A DNA stretch of 64,000 nucleotides from Octopus vulgaris. Lineage: Eukaryota. The stretch covers positions 24,242,001 to 24,306,000 of the forward strand of contig OX597827.1 in assembly GCA_951406725.2 (NCBI GenBank). The letters run 5' to 3'. The position numbers and the translations under genes are program-made. The notes below the pieces were generated by a model. It ran no database searches. It was given only the letters and a program-made list of their open reading frames with translations, and had not been told where the DNA came from. Positions 37,630 to 48,397 of the stretch are shown one piece after another (the stretch's first letter is position 1; each line of letters opens with the position of its first letter).

Positions 37630-39410
37630 TATCATCATCATTGTTTAACGTCTGCTTTCCATGCTAGCATGGATTGGATGGTTCAACCGGGGTCTGGGAA
37701 GCCAGGAGGCTGCACCAGGCTCCAGTCTGATCTAGCAGTGTTTCTACAGCTGGATGCTCTTCTCAATGCCAACCACTCCGTGAGTGTAGTGGATGCTTTT
37801 TACGTGCCACCGGCACAGGGGCCAGAGGAGGCTGGCAAACAGTCACGATCGGTTGGTGCTTTTTACGTGTCACCAGCACAGACCTCAAGCACAGCAGGTC
37901 ACGTGCCACCGGCACGGAATCCAGTTAAGGCAGTGCTGGCATTAGCCATGTTTGGTTGGTGCTTTTTACGTGCTGCCGGCACAGGTATCGCAACTACAAT
38001 TTCCATTTGATATTTATTTTGATGTTGATGTACTCGACTCAATAGGTCTCCTCAAGCACAGCAGGTCGCCCTGCAATCCAAGGTACTTTGGATGGGCTGG
38101 GGCTATATATGTAATGTTTGTATTTATGTTTCTATATATGTACACACATTTGTTCATCAGAAGGAAGAGGAACATCCAATCATCCTGGATGAAGCATGGC
38201 TGATGACTAATGCTGTGACTGTTCAAACTGAAGAAGAGTTGTGCACCCAACTTCACTTTCTCATCCTTGATCATCTTCAATCCAATGTGAAAACCAAGTC
38301 AAGCCAACTGGGGATGGAGACAAATGCAGTGGACAACCAAGATGTTTTTCATGCTTCCTTTTGTTCTCTGTGCTCCATTATGTGCTGCTGCAGTCACCTT
38401 TCTCTCTGTTCCCACACAGTGGAACTGAACCTGGAACTATGTGGTTGGGAAGCAAGCTTCTTACCACACACACACACACCATCATCATCGTCATCGTTAA
38501 AGTCCGCTTTCCATGCTAGCATGGGTTGGACGATTTGACTGAGGACTGGCGAACCAGACTCCAATCTGATCTGGCAGAGTTTCTACAGCTGGATGCCCTT
38601 CCTAACACCAACCACTCCGAGAGTGTAGTGGGTGCTTTTAAAGTGCCACCTGCATGAGGGCCAGTCTGGCAGTACTGGCAATGGCCACGCTCGGAAATGG
38701 TATTTTTTGTGTGCCACCTGCACAGGAATCAGTCCAGCAGCACTGGCAATGACTTCGCCCGAATGTTTTGTTCACGTACCTCTGGCACAAGTGCCAGTGA
38801 GGCGATGCATATGATATATATTTATAAAAATAATGTGGGTGGCCCATTAGAAATTAAAACCTAAAGGCAAATTCATAGACAAAGGTACAAAATAGCATTG
38901 ACATTGCTAGAAACAAGAGCCAAAAATGACTCAATTAGTCATGTGATATGGGTATGCCTGCCACCTCACTTGGGAGCTATTCTCATTATGGTACAGAGCT
39001 TTCTGGCTTCCTCTTTTATCCACTTATTAAGAAAGTGCTTTTTGTGGTTAATTGAGTTGTTTTGACTCTTGTTTCTAGCAATGCTGGAATTATTTTGTAC
39101 CCTTGTTTATATCATCATCATCATCGTCATCATCGTTTAACGTCCACTTTCCATGCTAGCATGGGTTGGACGATTTTGACTGAGGGCTGGCGAACCAGAT
39201 GGCTGCACCAGGCTCCAATCTTGATCTGGCAGAGTTTCTATAGCTGGATGCCCTTCCTAACACTAACCACTTCATGAGTGTAGTGGGTGCTTTTTACGTG
39301 CCATCGGCACAGGAGCCTGTCAAGGGGCACTGGCAATGACCTCGCTCGAATCTTTTTACACATGCCACTGGCACAGGTGCCAGTAAGGCGACGCTGGTAA
39401 CAATCATGCT
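37630..39410 (-). mobile_element. Cluster of three RTE 3' fragments (~37630-38100, 38480-38810, 39110-39410)
   Basis: Each starts with (CAT)n then tttccatgctagcatgg. Confidence 0.75.
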
Positions 39411-39630
39411 CGAATATATATATATATATTTTATTCTTTTATTTGTTTCAGTCGTTTGACTGTGGCCATGCTGGAGCACTGCCTTTAGTTGAGCAAATTG
39501 AACCCTGGACTTATTCTTTGTAAGCCTAGTACTTATTCTATCAGTCTGTTTTGCTAAGCTGCTAAGTTACGGGGACTTAAACACACCATCAGTTGTCAAG
39601 TGATGTTGGGGGGACAAACACAGATACACA

Positions 39631-39689
<59 letters not shown>

Positions 39690-40067
39690 TGGGCTTCTTT
39701 CAGTTTCTGTCTAGCAAATCTACTCGCAAGGTTTTGGCAGGCCTAGGGTTATAGTAGAAGACACTTGCCCAAGTTGCCATGCAGTGGGAATGAACCAGGA
39801 ACCATGTGGTTGTTAAGCAAGCTACTTACCACACAGCCACTTCTGCGAGAAAGAAGAAGCAAGAAAGCCCTGTACCATAGTGAGACAAACCCCCTAGTGA
39901 GGTGGCAGATATACCCATATCACGTAACTGGGTTGTTTTGGCTTTTGTTTATAGCAATGCTGGGGCTAGTTTGTACCCTTGTCAACATCATTAGTTATTT
40001 TTTCATATCATTAATTAGTCTTACGAATTCATTATATAATATTGATATTTGATCTCTTTTGATTTAG

Positions 40068-40155
40068 ATCTCTAATAAAGCTCAGCTGTTGGATTATCTT
40101 TATCCGAAGTTTGAAAAAGCCAACATAGCCAGGTTATGTCTAGAGATTGTCAAGG
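40068..40155 (+). CDS. NAGK: NAGK exon 7
   Basis: ISNKAQLLDYLYPKFEKANIARLCLEIVK; tttag/gtaagt. Confidence 0.94.
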
Positions 40156-40239
40156 GTAAGTATGTTTTGCATAGAATCCATCTGAAACTTTTGTTTTTAA
40201 CCAGCATCACCTCCTTTTTTAATGTTATCTACACACACA

Positions 40240-40635
40240 GTGCTTGAGGAGACCTATTGAGTCAAGTACATCAACATCAAAAAATCAAATGGAAATTGTA
40301 GTTGTGATACCTGTACTGGTGGCACGTAAAATGCACCGTCCGAATGTGGCTGATGCCAGCGCCACCTTGACTGGCTTCCGTGCTGGTGGCACGTAAAAAG
40401 CACCAATCAATCGTGGCCATTGCCAGCATTGCCTGGCCCCTGTGCCGGTGGCACGTAATAAGCACGCACTACACTCACGGAATGGTCGGCATTAGGAAGG
40501 GCATCCAGCTGTAGAAACACTGCCAGATCAGACTGGAGCCTGGTGCAGCCTCCTGGCTTCCCAGACCCCGGTCGAACCGTCTAACCCGTGCTAGCATGGA
40601 AAACGGACGTTAAACGATGATGATGATGATGATGA
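40240..40635 (+). mobile_element. RTE 3' fragment
   Basis: Ends in aaacggacgttaaacgatgatgatgat. Confidence 0.8.
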
Positions 40636-41293
40636 ATTTTATGTAAGAACCAATTTAATGGTTTTTGAGATGACCCTAAGGCCTCAAAATTTTGAAGAAG
40701 GAGTCTGTTTACCCCAGTATTTGACTGGTGCTAATTTTATTGACCCCATAAAGATGAAAGGCAAAGTTGACCTCTGTGGAATGTGAACTCAGAATCTAAA
40801 GTCACATGACTAAATATCATCATTAGCATCAGTGTTTTACATCTGCTTTTCCATGATAGCATGTGTCAGATGGTTTCCCTGAAGCAGTGGTTTATGACCA
40901 GATGCACTTTCTGTTACCAGTCCTTTAGTAACCTCTTTCAGTACACAAGCACATGTGGTTTACCCATTCGAAAAGCAAGATGCCCATTCTAAAGACAATT
41001 AAATACATTTTGTCTACTGATGAAAGTTATTTTACTAATTCCTTCCAAATTCTTTATTATTTTCAAAATGAATTGTAACACATAGGCAATGTTTTTCATT
41101 AGTTCTGGGTGGGGCAGGGTCACTGCATGTTTGGGGTCTTACACCATACACCTTCATGTATGTGATCTGATCATAGTGGATGAAGCAGAGGCCGGTGTCC
41201 ATCAGAAAATGGTTAGAGTGATATGAATTTGTGTTAATGATGTCTTCTTGAATCCCATCACTCCTTAATTGTTTCATTTTTATTTTAATTTAG

Positions 41294-41394
41294 GAGCAAA
41301 TGACCATAAAGATGCCCTTTGTTTACATCTTTTCAAAGAATGTGGCAAAATTCTAGCTGCCCATGTCAATGCCATAGGACCGAAGATAAATAAG
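41294..41394 (+). CDS. NAGK: NAGK exon 8
   Basis: GANDHKDALCLHLFKECGKILAAHVNAIGPKINK; tttag/gtaaat. Confidence 0.94.
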
Positions 41395-41829
41395 GTAAAT
41401 AAATGACTCGTTAGCTAATCTCTTTGATCCTACTCAGGGTCGCCAGATCCAGACTACAAGATTTTCAAAATGATACGATTCTATTCAAATTTTAACCCAT
41501 ATATACCCATAAAAAAATGAAGTCTTAAAATTTCACTGTTTTTAGATTAAACGTCCTGGTAATCTTTCACAATCTAGAAGAGAAGGACAGGATGGAACTG
41601 TTAGCTACGGGTGTCGACTACGGGTGCCTTTCATAGGCTCAGTCAGATGCTTCCCAGAGAGTTCATGTCCAAACAAGTAGAAGCAGGTGTTGCATTGCGA
41701 AAACGCAACCAGGGGTATATGTAGGTTAATTTAGATTAATTGGTATTTTGAAATTTCAATTTTAAAATGTAGCTGTCACTTTAGATATTACATTAATTTA
41801 AGTGGTGGGAACATAAACCTGCCAAAGTA

Positions 41830-42040
41830 ATAAAAAAATAAACATATCACCTTTCATTGGGACTTTAGAATTCAAACTGATTGTGCTATTCAGATGAATG
41901 GAGCAGGTATTGTAGTGGAAAATCGTGTTGACAAAATGTGTCTGCTCATAGAAATGTCGATCCCAGCAGACTGCAGTCATTCTCTAAAACGTTTGAGAAG
42001 TTAAGTATATGTACGGACCTTGAAATAGAGATCTCAGAAG
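41830..42040 (+). pseudogene. R4/Dong RLE fragment
   Basis: HWDFRIQTDCAIQMNGAGIVVENRVDKMCLLIEMSIPAD...EKLS...DLEIEI. Confidence 0.6.
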
Positions 42041-42612
42041 CCTGGTACTAATTCTATTGGTCTCTTTTGCTGAACGGCTAAGTTAAGGGGGCGTGAATAC
42101 ACCAGCACTAATTGTCAAGTGGTGGTGGGAGACAAACACACGTACACGCACGAACGCGTGTGTATACATTGTATACACCTGATTTTCTCCCCTCCATACA
42201 CACGCAAGAATGTATCTGACTCATTCACTGTTCGCTTTCCAGACATTTGTACATTACTGCATATGCTTTATACGCACTTTCGACAAGTTGTGGTGCACCT
42301 GAGCACTGTATACAATAATTTTATTATTATTATTTTTATATATGACAAGCTTCTTTCAGTTTCATTCTAAGGCTTTGGTCGGACCGTGGCTATAGCAGAA
42401 GACACTTGTCCAAAGTGCCTCGGAGTGGGACTGAACCCCGGAACTATGTGGTTAGAAAACAAGCTTTTTACCCCAGTGCCACGCCTGCGTCTGATGGAAA
42501 TATTGAAACAGACATGCATGTGATTTTTACAAGTTATCTCCCCTTCTAATTTCAAATCCATTTCAAAGGAAAGACAATTTTTATAAATCAAGAATTAATA
42601 CCATATCGAGTA

Positions 42613-43172
42613 CTAGCAGTATCGCCCAGCTTTGCTCGGGTTTGTTTTAACCCTTTAGAATTGGAATTTTTGAAAAGTAAAAATTTTGCATTATAAAGCT
42701 TGTTATTCTCTTTAAGTGAACATTTTTCTGGTTGAAATACACCGAAAAATGGCGACACAGCAGTCAAAAATCATAAAAAACAGGTATTTTCATAGAAAAA
42801 AAAAGCACCTTTTTGATGTAAATAATTTTTGGTGTTAACATGGTCTGATTTGAATTTTTGAAAAATAAAAATTTTGTATTATGTAGCTTGTTATTCTCTT
42901 TAAGGGAACATTTTTCTGGTTGAAATACACCATAAAATGGTGACAAAGCAGTAAAAAAATCGTAAAAAATAGGGATTTTCATAGAAAAAAAGCACCTTTT
43001 TGATGTAAATAATTTTTGGTGTTAACATGGTCCGATTTGAATTTTTTCTTCAACGGAAGGAAGAGCAAGCCTTCTTCTATCAACTTGCGCCGCAGGGTCT
43101 CAGAGGAGATGGTGTTAGTTGAAGGCTACCTAACTTGTCATACACAGACAACTTCAGCTTTATATAGAGAGA
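42613..43172 (-). mobile_element. Non-autonomous Helitron with an internal ~180-bp tandem duplication
   Basis: Minus strand A|TC...cccgagcaaagctggg hairpin...CTAG|T. Confidence 0.75.
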
Positions 43173-43611
43173 TATTTAGATGAGCATGAAATGAAAATGT
43201 GATCAGCCAAAGTAATGTGTCACTGTTTTATTTGATTGGCAAGCTGAAACAACAGCTTGAGAGATGGATTTATTTTGGTGAATTGGGAAGTGGAGCTCCG
43301 ATCCACTGCACAACGGCTAACATCTTGTTTATATTAACCACCTTCATGGGATACGTAGAAGACGTATTATGAAATTAAATGCATTATATCTTTGGATTTA
43401 GGTCTTATCTCCAAGCTTTACCATTATTTTGATGCTGATGTACAATCATTCTGAATCATAGTTGTTTTACTGTCTACTTTTCCATGTTTGTTTTGGTGAG
43501 ACGAAACTCATTAAGGTAGAATTTCTAAGGCCAGATGCTCTACTTGTCGATCCTCTCTTGTTTCCAAACAAAGAAATATTTCTTCTATGCCTTCGAATAT
43601 GAACAGGGCAG

Positions 43612-43662
<51 letters not shown>

Positions 43663-43829
43663 CCATCCATCTATCTATATATATAGTCCAACCCATGCCA
43701 GCATGGAAAGCGGACGTTAAATGATGATGATATATAATATGATGATGATGATGTGTCTACCAGATCACTCACAAGGCTTTGGTCAGTCCAAGACTCCCAT
43801 GCTCTAGCAAAAAGATGCTTGTTCTAGGG

Positions 43830-44200
43830 GCAGTGCCAGATATGAGAGCCTTCTGCAGGATTGCAGGGAGAAGGGGTGGCAGGTATGGCTTTTCCTAGTT
43901 GAGGTTGGCTGTATGGGATTTCCTGCTCAGTCGGCATAGAGGATGCTTACAACAATTGGAATGAGAGGTAAAGCGCGAAGGGTTTGCTGTGCGTGGGACG
44001 GGAGGGCCAGCTGAAAGAGCCTCTTGCTGGCTTTGGTGTAAGAGAGAAGAGTTTAGCTGGAAGCTAGGAGGAGAAGAGGAGTAGTGACTTGGCCACCTCT
44101 GCTGACCTGCCAATGGGAGGGTGTTACGGTTTAGGGTTGAAACACTTGATGAACATTGGATACCATCTGATGACATCAGTTCATCCTGGCCAAGGCTCCA
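43830..44200 (+). mobile_element. Hero/R2-group retrotransposon 3' end
   Basis: EVGCMGFPAQSA*RML...AERASCWLWCKREEFSWK remnant of the RLE C-terminus. Confidence 0.6.
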
Positions 44201-44773
44201 TCCACTTTGATGAATGGAAAAAGCATTTCTTTATAGGTGTTATTAACATATAACTTTCTCAATCGGAGACCCCCGTCGGTCACGAATGACCATGGGATTG
44301 CACCTAGAAAGTTACCCTCCGAGGTACAAGTCCAGGCAAGGCTGTTTATGGAAGACCAGCAGTCGCCCATGCATACCAGCCTCCCCTCTCCATGCCACCG
44401 ATGTTATCCAAGGGAAAGGTAAAGGCTGATACAGCTTGGCACCAGTGACATTGCAACTCACTTCTACATCTGAGTTAACTGGAGTAACATGAAATAAAGT
44501 GTCTTGCTCAAGAACACAACACACAGCCCTGTCCAGGATTCAAACTCCCAACCTCATGGTCATAAGTTCAACACTCTAACCACTGAACCATGTGCCTTCA
44601 CTAACTTTCTAGATACACCATGCATTAAAGAAAATGTTATGTTGGATGGAAAATCCTTGCTTTTAATCATTGACTGAAACTGATGAACACCTTCATATCC
44701 TCCAAGACCAAATAATGGTCTAGAAACTCTGGTTTCTCCAAGAGCAAATAATGCCATTTCCTTTCTGTTTTAG

Positions 44774-44852
44774 GATTTACTGAAATGTTCTGATGGCCTA
44801 CAGATTGTCTGTGTTGGTTCAATATGGAAGAGCTGGAAATTTCTAGAAGAAG
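44774..44852 (+). CDS. NAGK: NAGK exon 9
   Basis: DLLKCSDGLQIVCVGSIWKSWKFLEE (cf. CVGSVWKSW); tttag/gtaagt. Confidence 0.96.
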
Positions 44853-45776
44853 GTAAGTTAGCTGACATCAGAAATATTTAATAATATTACAATTACCATT
44901 TTAATTTGCATTTCTTCATGTTGGTATTGGCAATGTGGATCTGCTGTAATCAGAAATATCCATTAGAATATCAATATTCACAAATTTGAAGAATTTTAAT
45001 TTCCAAAGATTATCTAATTTTTCAAAACTAAGTTATATTTTCTAAAAGAATAAAGAAATTAATTTTTCAAGGAAAAATATATATATTCACAAAAAGTAAA
45101 TATTTGTTTTTCAAAGTTGTAAGCAGAAGTGATTTTGTGTCATACTTCCAAGGCTTTAGTTTTACCATTTTTCTGTTGAAATGCACTCTCTGCCTTTGTT
45201 TTAATTTTAATTTTGAAAATAATGAAAAATTTAGTAGAATAACATTGACATTGTCAAGCTGATGTTTGGAGTATAAATTAACATAAATTAACATAAAATT
45301 TTGATGGAAGAACGTTTTAATTGAAATGACTTTAAAAGAGGAGGTTTGCCTCATGGAGTTAGGAATGGTATCAGACATGTTGGCATTAAAAGAATTAAAC
45401 AAAACTATTTTGTCTTGTAATATTAAGTCAACAGATGGCGGCAAGCTGGCAGAATTGTTATTGTTGGGTAGAATGCTTAGCGGCATTTCATTTGTCTTTA
45501 CGTTCTGAGTTTGAATTCCATGAGGTTGACATTGTCTTTCATCCTTTCAGGATTGATAAAATAAGTACCTGTTGACTACTAAGGTTAATGTAATCGACTT
45601 ACCCCACTTCCAAAATTGCTGGCTTTGTGCCAAAACTTGAAATGAATACTGAATCAACAGTTTGCATTCCAATTTCAAACCCATGTCTATTTAAGTCACA
45701 AATATATAAAAAAAATACTTTGAAATATTTGGTGTTGGTTTTTCTATTTCTTTTTCAACAGACAAATATAATTAAA

Positions 45777-46167
45777 CTAGCAGTATCGCCCGGCGTTGTT
45801 CAGGTTTCCTTCGACCCTTTAGAATTGGAATTTTTGAAAAGTAAAAATTTTGTATTATGTAGCTTGTTATTCTCTTTAAGGAAACATTTTTCTGGTTGAA
45901 ATACACAGTAAAATGGCGACAAAGTAGTAAAAAAATCGTAAAAAATAGGGATTTTCATAGAAAAAAAGCACCTTTTTGATGTAAATAATTTTTGGTGTTA
46001 ACATGGTCCGATTTGAATTTTTTCTTCAACGGAAGGAAAGAGCAAGCCTTCTTCTATCATACTCTCAATTTTGGTCAACTTGCGCTACAGGGTTTTGGAA
46101 GAGATAGTGTTAATTGAAGGCTACAAAACCTGCCATACACAGACAACTTCAGCTTTATATACATAGA
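45777..46167 (-). mobile_element. Non-autonomous Helitron, same family as 42613-43172
   Basis: actagcagtatcgcccggcgttg ... cacagacaacttcagctttatat. Confidence 0.72.
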
Positions 46168-46231
46168 AATATTTTTTTCCTATTCGCATAAATTATAATA
46201 TTAATGAGGAACATTTAACTCTTTGTTGTAG

Positions 46232-46413
46232 GTTTTGTTGCTGAGCTTCGTTCTGTTCAGTCAAAACAGCAGATTATTTCAAAAGTTTCTATGCTGCAAC
46301 TCAGAGTAAGTGGAGCAATTGGTGCCGCATACCTTGGTGCTAAAACCGTTGGCCATTTATTGCCTCTCGACTATAAAACTAATGCCAATACACTTTCTAA
46401 CTTTACAATATAA
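46232..46413 (+). CDS. NAGK: NAGK exon 10 (terminal)
   Basis: GFVAELRS...GAIGAAYLGAKTVGHLLPLDYKTNANTLSNFTI*; the ten exons sum to 1035 nt = 344 aa plus stop. Confidence 0.95.
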
Positions 46414-46486
46414 ATTTCTTTGTATCAGAGACGTTTATTAAAAAAAATACTGGATGTCGGTTTATTTTTTTTCATTCTATAGTGTT

Positions 46487-46492
46487 AATAAA
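46487..46492 (+). terminator. Poly(A) signal AATAAA for NAGK
   Basis: AATAAA about 75 nt after the stop, followed by a GT-rich tract. Confidence 0.6.
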
Positions 46493-46657
46493 AATTACGT
46501 GGAAATATATAAAAACAGATGTTGTGTTTTACTTGTTTCAGTCATGAGACTCTGGCCATGCTGGTGCATCACCTTCAAGAATTCTTAGTTGAATGAGTGG
46601 TACTTATTCTATTTGTGAAACTGCCAGTTGTCAGGCGGTGGTGGGAGAGAACCAAAG

Positions 46658-46659
46658 AT

Positions 46660-46717
<58 letters not shown>

Positions 46718-47450
46718 AACACACATATAAATCCCTACATTTGTACACACACGCACATAGATACATACATTCACTCCCACGCACGTACACACACATTTAC
46801 ATATATATATACAATACACGCACACACACACACGTACAAACACACACTAATTCACATACACACCGACCCATATACATACACACAACATATACCTCCACGC
46901 GCACGCACACATACACATACGTACACACATATAAGCACAGACACACACATACATACGCACACCAAAATATGTGCACACATACGCACGCACACGTGCAAAA
47001 AGAAACTCACAACCCCACGGATACACGCATATACATCCATTTACGCTTACACACACACACATACAAACGCACACATACACGCACATACATACACACATAC
47101 ATCCCATACGACACAATACCATACATACACACACACACATACATACACGCACGCAATTATACATACGTATATATACACACACACGCACGTACAAGCACAC
47201 ATGCACGCATACACTAAGTTAAGCACAGTTACTCGCCATACACACAAAAAAACGCACACGTACACACACACATACTACAACAAAACACACACACTATACA
47301 TATACACGCACACACACATACCTCCCTGTTTCTGACCTGCCTTTCTGACTTGCTAGGGTACCCCCACACCACCCCTTTAATTCTACTACTGCCTGCTACT
47401 AGCCATTGTCCACCATACACACACACGCACACACTCACACACACACCCTT
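46658..47450. repeat. Compound (TA)/(CA) low-complexity tract
   Basis: Seen directly in the sequence. Confidence 0.95.
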
Positions 47451-47616
47451 GTCATCTCGCACACCTTTTTTACCATTCCTTCTTTGATTCAGCTCTCTTG
47501 TTTTTAAAAACATTTTCCTCCTTTTTTACCACTTCCGTCTTTTTAGTATGTGACCTCGTGAATACTACCTGCAATTTTTTTTCCTCTGTCCTCCCGTCTC
47601 GGGATCTTTCTCCTAT

Positions 47617-47651
47617 GTTTCCGACGAAGAGCTCCGCTCGAAACGTCAAAC
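47617..47651 (+). ncRNA. Hammerhead-like motif with CCGACGA core variant, in a PLE pLTR remnant
   Basis: gttt-CCGACGA-a-gagc/tcc/gctc-GAAA-C-GTC-aaac. Confidence 0.55.
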
Positions 47652-47743
47652 CCTTCTTCTTCCCTTCTTTCCTGAGCGTCCAATAATACTTTATTTGTTC
47701 CACTTCCTTGCGTTGTTGTCTTTTTGTTTTCTTGTTTGGATTA

Positions 47744-47774
<31 letters not shown>

Positions 47775-48397
47775 CTACACATGCACACATGAACACGTCA
47801 AGGTCACCAGCCCTCTTCCACACGCACATACATACTCTCTTATACACACGCACGTGCACCTTCATTTTGGGATCACCACTACTTTATTATCTCCCCTTCT
47901 TCCTAGCCCACCTGTGTGACTCCTCTGTCCGGCATTCACCATGATAGATCGCTAGCCACTACACATTCTTTATTTTCTCTCCTTGTTTCTTTCTGTGAAA
48001 GCACATAGGCTCAAAATGTTAAAGACTTTTTCACTTCTTGATTGTTAAACTAATACATCTGTTTGTTGTGTACACCACCTGTCTTTGCCTTTTGTTTTTT
48101 TGTGAATTCTCCCATTATATATATGTGTGTGTGTATATATATATATATATACATACACGTGAAAAAACATTCGAGCGAGGTTGTTGCCAGTGTCGCTGGA
48201 CTAGCTCCTGTGCAGGTTGCACTTAAAAGACACCATTTGAACGTGGCCGTTGCCAGTACTGCCTGACTGGCCCTCATGCCGGTGGCACGTAAAATGCACC
48301 CACTACAATCCTGGAGTGGTTGGCATTAGGAAGGGCATCCATTTCATTAAACATATACTGCTTCGCCAAGAAACTGCTACCTTAACCGATACCACAA

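Noticed and set aside
46597-47513. Long His/Thr/Tyr or Cys/Val ORFs here and at 52.4-53.9, 55.4-58.0 and 61.1-61.7 kb
   Set aside because: They are translations of CA/TA/TG microsatellite, which lacks stop codons; they are not genes
47975-48030. Additional hammerhead-like remnant
   Set aside because: The core boxes are too degenerate to support a call
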